A stretch of 64,000 nt of DNA, from IMG/VR virus record IMGVR_UViG_3300017971_000273; one strand, given 5' to 3'. Within the stretch, counting starts at the first letter, position 1, and each line of letters starts with the position of its first letter. Made by a program: the position numbers and the translations under genes. The DNA is from a virus. This document shows, in pieces, positions 38,645 to 48,296 of the stretch. The notes below the pieces were generated by a model. That model worked only from the letters and a program-made list of their open reading frames with translations, had not been told where the DNA came from and ran no database searches.

Positions 38645-39532
38645 ATGGCTGCGAAGAAAATTAAGATACTCCAGAAAGTTTATTCTCTGGCCGGCTATAG
38701 GCCCGTCAGAACCATTCTTGTTATTGGTTGTGGCGGGACTGGTGGGCACTTGATCCCCCATTTGGCTAGGTATGTAAAAGTCAAAAACGATTCTGGTGAG
38801 CGCAGAACTGTAAATCTAATTCTGGCCGATGGAGATATGGTCGAGGAAAAGAATCTTAAAAGACAGCACTTTATTATGCAGGACATCTCCAAGAACAAGG
38901 CCATGGTGATGGCGGAAAGATATTCTTCCGCTTTTGGTTTGGAGATTAAAGCAATCCCCAATGATTTAGAGAAGGTGGAGGATATAAATGATGCTCTGAA
39001 TCACTACTCAATCGGGAGTGATTCTGCCTATATGGTGATAGGCTGTGTGGATAATAACGCCTCTCGTAGGGTAATACATGAGTGGTTTACAACTGAAGAC
39101 TTTCATGCTAAGTTCTGGATTGATTCTGGAAACGAAGAAAAGGCGGGGCAGGTTGTCTGTGGCTACGCGCCAACTAGGAGAGGACACTATGGAATTATAA
39201 AGGCTGGCCCTTTTAGTGGTAATGCGGTTGGAGAATTCAGTTTGCCCTGTGTTATGGATCACTATCCAGAACTCATAGACAGTGAAGATGGTTTCAACTC
39301 CGAGCTTTCTTGTGCAGACAGGGCGCTCTCGGCGCCCCAAAATATGCAGGTTAATGTAAGTGCCGCAACCATCATAATGAACTACGCTAGAAAGGCCATT
39401 GACCGTGAAGACATCAGGTCTCACGGAGTTGAATTTAGCATAGATAATGTATATAATACTAAACTAAACACTGAGGAGAATTTGAATAAAGTTCCCGACG
39501 AACGCAAACGATTTTGGGAGAAACAAAGATGA
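38645..39532 (+). CDS. ThiF/E1-family activating enzyme (PRTRC ThiF-like)
   Basis: VIGCGGTGG, DGDMVEEKNLKRQ, NKA, GCVDN, WIDSGN, LSCA putative catalytic Cys. Confidence 0.88.
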   Translation: MAAKKIKILQKVYSLAGYRPVRTILVIGCGGTGGHLIPHLARYVKVKNDSGERRTVNLILADGDMVEEKNLKRQHFIMQDISKNKAMVMAERYSSAFGLEIKAIPNDLEKVEDINDALNHYSIGSDSAYMVIGCVDNNASRRVIHEWFTTEDFHAKFWIDSGNEEKAGQVVCGYAPTRRGHYGIIKAGPFSGNAVGEFSLPCVMDHYPELIDSEDGFNSELSCADRALSAPQNMQVNVSAATIIMNYARKAIDREDIRSHGVEFSIDNVYNTKLNTEENLNKVPDERKRFWEKQR

Positions 39533-39972
39533 GTAAAATTCTTAATGCTAATGATGTTCATGATGAGTTGCCGGTTGCTACTGACGAAGAGTGTGCTGCT
39601 AGAAGGAATGCCCTCATCTATGTAGGTATGATTAGACCGTCCAAAAACCCAGAGCTATTTATCAAAAAGGGAAATCCCGTGGCTCTATCAACTAAGGAAG
39701 CCAGCGCTAGAAAGCGACAGGAACTAATCGACAGGGGAATTATCACCCCCGAGCCAGTTTCAGTTTCTTCCGGGCTGGTGCGCCCGCCTCGTGGAAAGGA
39801 AGAGGGACAGTATAAACCTCGCCCTATAAGAAGCGATGCTGAATACGAAAAGCGCAAACGGGCTTATTTTCGCCTGATGCAGGAAATGCTGATCGCAAGA
39901 CGAGAGTTGAGGCTCGTGTTTAATCAGTGGGATGAAGCAAAAATGGGGCCTTGGCCAAACTGGTATTTCTAA
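39529..39972 (+). CDS. hypothetical protein
   Basis: ATGA coupling to the E1 gene. Confidence 0.65.
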   Translation: MSKILNANDVHDELPVATDEECAARRNALIYVGMIRPSKNPELFIKKGNPVALSTKEASARKRQELIDRGIITPEPVSVSSGLVRPPRGKEEGQYKPRPIRSDAEYEKRKRAYFRLMQEMLIARRELRLVFNQWDEAKMGPWPNWYF

Positions 39973-40101
39973 TGGCCGGCTGGAATCCTGTTTTGGGTAG
40001 GGTTTATATCCACGAATTTTATTATAATGACGAGTGGGTTTTGGTCTATGATCGATGGGGACGCAAATTTCTGTTCCCAGAACAGGAGATATGGTGGTAA
40101 T

Positions 40102-41450
40102 ATGGACGCTTTAAAGACTGACCTTTATCAGCTCACAATGATGGCGGCTTACTATGTGAAAGGTCTTCACAAAAAGAAAGTGACTTGTGAAGGTTTTGTG
40201 AGGAAGTTGCCCCCAGAGAGAAGGTTTCTCGTGATGGCTGGGACCGAGGAGATTAGAGACTTCCTCACCAGCCTGCGATTCACGGCAGACGACATCAAGT
40301 ATCTCAGGGAAGTTAAAGCTCTCAAGCCAGCTTTCTCTATGTCTAACTTCGCTAAATACTTGGAAGATTTCTCCTTCAGGGGTGACTTCTGGGCGATGGC
40401 GGAAGGCGAGATTGCTTTGCTGGTGAGCCACTTATAAGGGTGTCTGGAACGCTGCCGGAAGTTCATATGGCCGAAACCTTTGCCCTTTCGGTGTTGAACC
40501 ATGATATTAAGGTTGCCTCCAAGGCGGCGAGAATTGTTCTCGCCGCCCGTGGGCGACCAGTCTTAGAGTTTGGCACCAGAAGAACCCACCATGAAGCTGC
40601 TATTAGAGCAGCCCGAGCTGCCTATCTTGCTGGGTTTGCGGCAACCTCCAATGTTGAGGCGGGCAGAACATACGGCATCCCTGTTGCTGGAACAATGTCT
40701 CATATGTGGGTCATGGTTTCTAAGAGTGAATCCAGAGCGTTCAGTGATTTTAAGGATGTGTATAGAAGCCCTGTGTTACTAATTGACACCTACGATACGG
40801 ACATGGGCGCTGTTTATGCCGCACAAATTCCGCTACTACAAGGAGTAAGGCTGGACTCTGGAAATCTGGAAACATTGTCCAAAAAAGTTAGGGGAATTTT
40901 GGATAGTAATGGCAAGCAGTCAGCTAAGATTATTGTGTCTAATGACCTCAACGAATATGCCATAGACAACCTGGCCCGTTGTGGTGCCCCTATCGACACT
41001 TTTGCTGTGGGCACTGAGCTTGTTGTTTCCAGAGATGTTCCTTCTCTGGGGGCTGTGTATAAAGTTGTATATGACGATACAGATGATAGACCACTTATGA
41101 AACTGTCCGCAGGCAAGAAGACCTTTCCTGGCCGCAAACAAGTCTTCTTGGATCAGCGAAATGGTGAGTGGAAACATCTATTAGCAATAGAGGGAGCGGT
41201 TGAACCAGAAGAAAACCTCACGCCTCTTCTGGACTGTAATATAAAAGATGGCGAGATTATTGAGGAAAGCGTTGTGGACTTAGAAGTTTCTCGTAAGTAT
41301 TGCAATGCTGCCCTCATTAACCTGCACTCCAATCTGGCTTCTTTGGAACCGAAAGAGACTCAGGTTCCTGTACACCCAGATAAGAGCTTAGAGGAGTTAT
41401 TTAAGAAAGCTATGCAAGATGGATCTAATTTGGGGAAAAGCAGGGACTAG
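40102..41450 (+). CDS. pncB: nicotinate phosphoribosyltransferase, split by an apparent one-base deletion near 40416-40418
   Basis: LKTDLYQLTM; EFGTRRTH; GTMSHMWV; LIDTYD; GVRLDSG; VSNDLNE; VGTELV; VYKV; KKTFPGRKQV; adding one T restores EIAFAGEPLIRVSG. Confidence 0.9.
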
Positions 41451-41829
41451 TTTATTCGATACGTATTCTCTGCACCATGTAGTATGGTTTATAGCCATCA
41501 CGGTTATGTTATACTCTGTATTCAGGCGTCATGCTTGGATGGGTGCTGTTGGAATTGCTTTCATGTGGGAAGTGTTTGAACATTGGGTTGTTCAAAACAT
41601 ACCCAACTTCCCATATGCGGGTAACGAGTTATTCATAAATAAAATTGTTGGTGATACTATTAGCGATTTAATTGGCTTCCTGATTGCTATGTTGGCCATT
41701 AGATCAATAAGGAAAGATGAAAATGAGCGACGACAGAAGACCAGCTTGGAAGAAGAAAGAGAAAAGAGAGCCCAGAGTGAGGCCATTGGAGGTGGAAGTC
41801 AGGGACGGAGATCTGGAAGGGGCGATTAG
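41419..41829 (+). CDS. small membrane protein
   Basis: DTYSLHH, WEVFE and GDTISD polar motifs in TM helices. Confidence 0.55.
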   Translation: MDLIWGKAGTSLFDTYSLHHVVWFIAITVMLYSVFRRHAWMGAVGIAFMWEVFEHWVVQNIPNFPYAGNELFINKIVGDTISDLIGFLIAMLAIRSIRKDENERRQKTSLEEEREKRAQSEAIGGGSQGRRSGRGD

Positions 41830-42010
41830 AGCTTTGAGAAAGAAGATGTCTAATGAGGGCGTTTTGGCTGAACTCAAACGCAGGCGCTATGCAGAGAAGC
41901 CCTCCGAGAAAAAGAGGAGGGAGCGGCGTGAGGCTATTAAGAAGATGCGTCGTTCTCGCGGCAGAAAAGCAAGACAGAGAGCACAAGCCAACAGGAGAAA
42001 GAAGAAATGA
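41723..42010 (+). CDS. rpsU: ribosomal protein bS21 homolog
   Basis: VEVRDGDLEGAIRALRKKMSNEGVLAELKRRRYAEKPSEKKRR. Confidence 0.85.
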   Translation: MSDDRRPAWKKKEKREPRVRPLEVEVRDGDLEGAIRALRKKMSNEGVLAELKRRRYAEKPSEKKRRERREAIKKMRRSRGRKARQRAQANRRKKK

Positions 42011-42258
42011 GCCTTGATGATAAAAACCGTGAGCCCGCTGATCTCTTATTGGAAGTTGTCGGTGTGGAACCTGAGTTAAGAAAAAGGGCGAAGATAACTT
42101 CTGACTTTGATCTCTTGATGAAAAAGAGCAAGAAGAAGGCCACTAGAAAGTTTGTTATGTGGATGATTATTTTGGTGGTTTTTGCGGCTTTTGTCATCGT
42201 TGGCTCTGTTCTTCTCTTTGATAATTTGGCTGAACTTTCAATTAAGGCACTGGAATGA
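42007..42258 (+). CDS. small membrane protein
   Basis: one TM segment. Confidence 0.5.
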   Translation: MSLDDKNREPADLLLEVVGVEPELRKRAKITSDFDLLMKKSKKKATRKFVMWMIILVVFAAFVIVGSVLLFDNLAELSIKALE

Positions 42259-42566
42259 TGGAAATTAAACGCAGATTGACCTGGACGAACATCATTGTGC
42301 CTCTTTCTTTTGTGCCTACATTTCTTTTTCCTGTGGGCGGCAGAATTAAAGTCATGGGTGGTGATTTTCGTTGACTTATGCGCAACCGATTAGCCAGGAG
42401 AATTAATATTGGAGATTAAAGACGCGCCTCCCGTGAGCTACTATTTGGGTCTTAGATTTAACCTGCCGGCCAGTCTTGAAGCAAATGTAGATTGGGTGCT
42501 TGGCGATGGCGGGCTCGAAACTGATAGATGGTTCTTTAGGAGCTTTTTTCGCAAGGATAAAGTGAG

Positions 42567-43955
42567 ATGAGAGAGTTCAGGAAGACAACAGGGCGCAATA
42601 AGCGCCCGCAAGTGTGGTTTATTGGTGTGGATCCCAACGACCCCGAAACCTACATCGTTAAGTGGGGTCAGTTGGATGGGGCCATGCAGGAGACTTCCGA
42701 TTCTCCTGGGGATTGCGGCGTTGAAGGTCATTCCGATTATCAGACGCCGGAAGAGTATGTAAAGTTTTGCATTAGCAGAGACATCAGGAAGAAGCGCGAG
42801 CAAGGCTATGTTGAATACATAGACGGCGAACCAGTGGAAGAGCTTTCCACGGCTATTGATTTTGATGAACCTCTACCAAAACATCTCTGTTTCTTCAAGC
42901 CGAAGAAGGAGATTTCAGATAAGAAACTGGCCAAGCTTGAGGAAGATGGGAGGGCTATCTGGACTCTCAAGCGCGATGGCATGTGCCACATCATTGTGAA
43001 GCGGGAAGACGAGGTTGAGATTTACTCCCGCCGTATGGATCTGGTGACGGAGAAGTTCCCACATATTATTGAAAGTGTTGAGCTTTTAGACCTTCCAAAC
43101 AACACAATTCTTCTTGGCGAAATGACCCTATTGAAAGACGATGGGTCGGATGATTTCTTGGGAACCTCAAGAATATGTCGCTCTGATCCCGATTTAGCTT
43201 TGGCATATCAGGGACTTGGAAAGTTTCCCAAGGGCAAAAAGGATAAGGAAGTTCTTGGGAAAGTGTCCTATTACGTTTTTGACATCGCTTTCTATAGCGG
43301 AGCCGATCTCATATCAAGACTGACCGTGAGAAGCCGCCTGGCGGCCCTGAGGAAGATTTTCCAGAAATTAGATGACAGACTAGCACTCAGCACCGGACTC
43401 GCCTCAGATCGCCGCAGAAAGCTCCGAGAGAGCAAGTTGCGTGAGGGGATCCTGCGGAAGTTTCATATCGGTCCAATCAAGATCTATGAGACAAGCACGG
43501 GTGACGATCTGGAGCTGGCCAAGGAGCTTAAAGCCGAAGGCTTTGTTGCTCTAGACGCCGATGCCGTATATGGTGATAAAGCCTATAGTTTTGACGGCAA
43601 GGCACAGAGACCGGATGGTATATGGAAGCGTAAGCCCAAGTATGAAGATGAGTTCGTAATCACTGGCTACTACGAAGGCAGTGGTAAGAATATGGGCAGA
43701 CTTGGTGGATTCTACATCAAGCAGGTTCATCCTGAGACTGGGGAGTGGATTGATTGTGGTAAATGTGGTGGTGGCTTCACGGATCCTCAGCGCATAGAGT
43801 TCTACGAGGAAGGCGATGATCTGATTGACCAGACCATTAAGGTCGAGTTTGATTCTCGCCAGCCTGAGAAAGACGGCGTATTTGCTCTGAGATTTCCGAT
43901 ATATAAGGGACCAGCGGACAAGGAGCCGGAAGAGTGCATCGCTCAATATCTCTAA
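42567..43955 (+). CDS. ATP-dependent DNA ligase with WGR-like N-terminal domain
   Basis: KRDG motif I, LLGEM, VFDI, EGFV, WKRKP, GSGKNMGRLG, GGGFTD, LRFP; N-terminal VKWGQLDG...KKREQGY. Confidence 0.9.
   Translation: MREFRKTTGRNKRPQVWFIGVDPNDPETYIVKWGQLDGAMQETSDSPGDCGVEGHSDYQTPEEYVKFCISRDIRKKREQGYVEYIDGEPVEELSTAIDFDEPLPKHLCFFKPKKEISDKKLAKLEEDGRAIWTLKRDGMCHIIVKREDEVEIYSRRMDLVTEKFPHIIESVELLDLPNNTILLGEMTLLKDDGSDDFLGTSRICRSDPDLALAYQGLGKFPKGKKDKEVLGKVSYYVFDIAFYSGADLISRLTVRSRLAALRKIFQKLDDRLALSTGLASDRRRKLRESKLREGILRKFHIGPIKIYETSTGDDLELAKELKAEGFVALDADAVYGDKAYSFDGKAQRPDGIWKRKPKYEDEFVITGYYEGSGKNMGRLGGFYIKQVHPETGEWIDCGKCGGGFTDPQRIEFYEEGDDLIDQTIKVEFDSRQPEKDGVFALRFPIYKGPADKEPEECIAQYL
43934..43954 (+). 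repeat. 21-bp direct repeat, copy 1
   Basis: GTGCATCGCTCAATATCTCTA, identical to 44189-44209. Confidence 0.9.
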
Positions 43956-44188
43956 AACGCCCCGAAGGGCTTAGACAATGTTTATGGGAGTTTTTTGACG
44001 AGCCTGTAATATCAACATGCCTGATAAGTAATGGTGTAATTATTTCAAAACCTAGAGATTATATGTGCTATGATATAGTGGTAAGAGATCATGTAGGAGT
44101 GGTAGATAGGCTTCAAAGCGGTCTTAGTGGTTTGAGCGTAAATCTGGCCGTGCTTATGTCAAACTGCATGCGTATGTCGAGGTAAGTT

Positions 44189-44209
44189 GTGCATCGCTCA
44201 ATATCTCTA
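44189..44209 (+). repeat. 21-bp direct repeat, copy 2
   Basis: identical to 43934-43954. Confidence 0.9.
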
Positions 44210-44792
44210 GTGGGACATATGCATCTTGTAGATTACATCCGTCGTTCTTACATGAAAGCTGGATGGCTGTGGGAGATGCGGCACTGGCCCATTGATGTGT
44301 GGGGAATAAGAACCCGAATCCAAGCAGAATTATTGCATCTGAGTGGAGATACGCGCACTGAATTAAAATGGAGCCTGATAGATCAGCTTGAGGAATAACA
44401 TGATCAAACCAATTCACAGAGATGCCAGGCGTAATGTTTTCTATTGGGGATTTAGGCGCCAAGTTGGCTACTCTTTCAAGATGGAGGCTAAGAGGCGCAC
44501 CTTATTTGGACTCGGGCAGCCGATACGAGAGTACATAATAGAGTCTTTCAGGAAAGAGTTATGCTGACCAGAAACTTTAAGCGCGAGAGAATATCAACAA
44601 GGATGAATTGGGCCTGGGAAGATCAGCCAATTGCATTGCCCTTTATGACACGAATATTTTCTTCGCCTCATTTGGATCACATCAAAGATTCAGTAGATCG
44701 CTTTGCCAACCCCTTGGGCAGCGCCATATATTTTGCCTTTTTCGATTTCAAGATTAAACTTGCGAACGAAACAACAAAACTGAGATGGGGAC

Positions 44793-45143
44793 ATGTCAAA
44801 AAAGAAAAAGCTGCTTTTTTCAATAACGAAGAAAGATCTAGATATAAAGTATTTTCGCGCAGGGAAACACGGTGGCCAAAAAGGGGACAAGACATCCTCC
44901 GCTTGCAGAATAAGACATACGGCATCAGGCGCAGAAGGAATCAGCCGCGACGAAAGGTCTAAGGAACAGAATAAGAAAATAGCTTTCAATCGCTTGGTGG
45001 AAAGCGAGAAGTTTCAATCTTGGCTCAGGCTTGAAGCTGCGGCTCGTCTACAGGGACACAGGGATCTTGAGGCCAAGATAGAAGAAATGATGAAACCAGA
45101 GAACATCAAGATAGAGGTTGGTGATGGAGAAAACTGGGAGTAA
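44793..45143 (+). CDS. RF-1-domain peptidyl-tRNA hydrolase (ArfB-like, GGQ)
   Basis: YFRAGKHGGQKGDKTSSACRIRH...ERSKEQNKKIAF. Confidence 0.8.
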   Translation: MSKKKKLLFSITKKDLDIKYFRAGKHGGQKGDKTSSACRIRHTASGAEGISRDERSKEQNKKIAFNRLVESEKFQSWLRLEAAARLQGHRDLEAKIEEMMKPENIKIEVGDGENWE

Positions 45144-45547
45144 TATGCGGCGTGTTGTAACCAACGATATCAGGCAAAGAATATTGTTCAAACTTAATAT
45201 GTCTTCCGTGCTTGATTATCATATGGAATGGATTGGGCTGTCTAGTCGTATAGCAAATGTGCTTAGAATCCTAGATCCTAACTCTTTGGAAATTGGAAAG
45301 CACCAAATTGATAGGCCCCTTCGCTGTTGGAGATATAATAGGCCATACTTATGATTATTAGACCCTTAAAATATGAAAGATTCCATACGCCTATACGCTG
45401 GGCAATGGAAGATTCTGGTTTTGAATTTGAATTAAGAAATGCGGTGAGTAGTCCAATCTTCGCCGTGAAGGTATTTTTCAAGAGGTCGCTCTACGAAGAG
45501 CTTGAAAGTTTTGCGGGGTTTGAACGAGTAGTCATGAGGGGATAGAA

Positions 45548-45736
45548 ATGTTCATTAAAATTTACGGATGTGCTGATTGCGTGCTACGCTCTCGGCTTAA
45601 TGATAAAGAGTTATGCCGGGCAATCCACAAAGAGATTCCAGACGAGGCGCTGGAAGATGAAAGCTCTTGGCCCGAATGGTGCCCTGCCAAGAAGGATGTG
45701 GTGTTCGTGAAATGGCAGCCGGATAGTGAAAAATGA
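45548..45736 (+). CDS. small Cys-rich hypothetical protein
   Basis: CADC...C...PEWCP. Confidence 0.6.
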   Translation: MFIKIYGCADCVLRSRLNDKELCRAIHKEIPDEALEDESSWPEWCPAKKDVVFVKWQPDSEK

Positions 45737-45990
45737 TAGAAGCTAATAAAATCGGGCATGCAAAAGCGAGATTCATTTATGGTCTTGAGGGTGTTCACCT
45801 TCTTGACAATACTGGTTATACATATATGGACAATAATGAGTGGGGCTCTTTTATAATCAAGGGTATTGAGAAAGTTTTGTTGCCATATGTGGCTCTAAGA
45901 TACTCAAATGGCTTCACATTCGATACATCGCCAGTTTGGTTTTTGAAATCTAAGGTGAAAGAGGCTACGAGGAAAATGAATGGAGATTAA
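45733..45990 (+). CDS. hypothetical protein
   Basis: coupled ORF. Confidence 0.55.
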   Translation: MIEANKIGHAKARFIYGLEGVHLLDNTGYTYMDNNEWGSFIIKGIEKVLLPYVALRYSNGFTFDTSPVWFLKSKVKEATRKMNGD

Positions 45991-46373
45991 AGTAACATAC
46001 GAATTAAGCTCCCTGTATCTTAAAAATAAATTTCGCATGAGATATGGTTTGGGCGAGTATGAGTTTAGGCCAATAGCAGTTAAACTTATGGATATGAATT
46101 GGTCTTGGCCTCCTTTAAGAAGAGGTTTTACGCGCTCTATGGAAAGCGGATGGAAATAAGTGGAACAAAAAGGGGACATCTAAAAGCTTTGATGGAAACC
46201 AAATATGTTCAACAGGCACCGGAATTCAACAATCCGTTGCATTGTATTTTTACGAATGATATTCTTGAAGGTTTGTTCTGGGTGATTAATAATTGCCTCA
46301 ATATTCTGGATCCAAATCGAGCTTATGAGATGATGGTAAGAGGAAAAATACAACTCGTAAAAGAGGAATTAAA

Positions 46374-47429
46374 ATGTCTGTAGAGGAAGGCACTGTGATT
46401 ATTAAAAGTGGAAGTAGCAAATTTTCGGCAATTCTAAACTTCGTTCTGGTCATCTTAGTTGCATTAGGTATTGTCGCAGGATACTATGTCTATAAGAGTT
46501 TGACCGAGGAGAACGCCCAGTTAAGAAATGATATTACGCAGTTTAAGAAGCTCACGGAAAGTCTCGTGAGGAGCAGTACGACTTGGGCGACTAAGGATGA
46601 TCTAGAAAATGATCTCAAGGGTATGCTCAAGAAGGAAGACCTAGCCGCGCTTGAGGGTGACATTAAGAAGCTTGGCACAAGGCTCACGGCGGTTGGAAAG
46701 ACCGTTGGCGTAATCGGCAGGAAAGTTTCCAGGCTGGAAGCAAGCGACAGCGAGGGGCCAGAGAACCCCAATCCCGAAACTTGCGATGATGGTCGCCTGG
46801 TTGATACGCACGGCTATACCAAGAAGCCACAGATCAAGCTCGTCACAGATACAAATCTGGCCCCGCTGACTGAAGTTCAGTTTAATGCGGCGAAGAAGAA
46901 GCCTTGGAGTTATGAGGTCTATAAGCGTCAGTATAAGCTCGTCACGGCTGTAAGTAAGAAAGAAAGTGGCCAGCTTGTATTACATCATAATTTAGAATAC
47001 TCTATGCCTGAGAAGTCCAAGAAAACCTACAAGGTTAATCTTGTTTCATCTCAGTATAGGCAAGCTCCGCCTCCAAATAGAATGTTCTGGCTCAATCCAA
47101 GGTTGGATGCCAACTTCTTTGCGGGCGGAAATGTGTATGGCTTTGCTCAAGGCCCAGGAAGACCGGATAGCATCCTGTCTATGGGCTTGGACTTAGGAAT
47201 ATCACTATCATCTTACGGCGAGACGAAGGTTGATAGTTGGTTTAGATTGTTTAGATTTAGTTTAGGATACAACATAGAAAGGAGAGCTGGGCACTTTGCC
47301 TTCGCCCCAATTGCCTTCAACTTGGGCAAACCGATGCCGTTGCTGACCAATCTATATCTAAGTCCACAGATTGGTCTGGATACGGCAGGCGGCTTAACGA
47401 TTAATATGGGCACAGGGGTTCAATTTTGA
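46374..47429 (+). CDS. membrane-anchored coiled-coil protein with beta-strand-rich C-terminus ending in Phe
   Basis: N-terminal TM helix, heptad region, C-terminus GGLTINMGTGVQF. Confidence 0.75.
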   Translation: MSVEEGTVIIKSGSSKFSAILNFVLVILVALGIVAGYYVYKSLTEENAQLRNDITQFKKLTESLVRSSTTWATKDDLENDLKGMLKKEDLAALEGDIKKLGTRLTAVGKTVGVIGRKVSRLEASDSEGPENPNPETCDDGRLVDTHGYTKKPQIKLVTDTNLAPLTEVQFNAAKKKPWSYEVYKRQYKLVTAVSKKESGQLVLHHNLEYSMPEKSKKTYKVNLVSSQYRQAPPPNRMFWLNPRLDANFFAGGNVYGFAQGPGRPDSILSMGLDLGISLSSYGETKVDSWFRLFRFSLGYNIERRAGHFAFAPIAFNLGKPMPLLTNLYLSPQIGLDTAGGLTINMGTGVQF

Positions 47430-48296
47430 TCAAGAAAGTCAAGCCTTTTGGAACGTGGCTTTATGACACTGATTTTGATTCCAGCCACCCAGACTTTATG
47501 CCCACGTTCGTTAATAAGTTGCGGAGAAAAAATGGAGATCTTGACCCGGCCAAAAGGCAGTTGCATCATGAGTTAAGAAATTCTCTGTTGGAGACGCGAA
47601 CAGCGATATGGAAACTAATTTTAGACAAATGGAAATAAAGCCAATTTTTGGGTTTAATGTCTGGTTCTATGATCGCGGTTATAATCCGTATGATATATTT
47701 CATACGTGGCTTCATTATCAGTTACTAAGAGATTGGTATATATGGAAATAAGGCGGGCTGTATATAATACATCTTTGTATAAAGATGGAGAAAGGACTCA
47801 TGATTCATTGGTGTTGTTAGTTCGTCAAATTCAGTTGCACAGCTTTATAAGATATTATGGGCTGCGTGATCCGATTAGGTGGCGGTTGAATTTTGAGCTA
47901 ATGGAGCTTAGCCTGTGGAAATTAGGATGATTGAAAACAAACATATGAGTTGGTTCCATTTTGACATGCCATCAGAAATTTACCAGCTCTTATCAAGGCT
48001 CATGAAGTCATATCGGAGCTTTGAAAGCCCAGCATCTTTTATTGCTCACGCCAGACCTATGTTGTATAATCAATTGCGTGCATGTTTGTTGGGAGAGGAA
48101 ACCTCAAATAGAAAATGATAATAAAGAAAATGGAAAGAAGTAGATACAACAAAAATATCGTAGACTTAATTGTGGACCAATTATTTCCATGGCTTAATTA
48201 TGGGCCTCAGGCCATAGATGTCATTAACATTATGCTTCACGACATCTTCCCTGGAAGATCGGATATACAACTTATTTTGAGAGAGGAGTTTAAAAG

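Noticed and set aside
38645-39532. ThiF/MoeB for cofactor sulfur transfer
   Set aside because: No thiamine or molybdopterin genes nearby, no Zn CxxC pairs seen, and neighbours are E2 and JAB
35591-39532. Bacterial Bil or CBASS defence island
   Set aside because: No CD-NTase or effector, Ubl is PRTRC-C type, and surrounding content is phage-like
40400-40445. Programmed -1 frameshift or intron in pncB
   Set aside because: No X XXY YYZ slippery site and no extra sequence; one added T restores the frame
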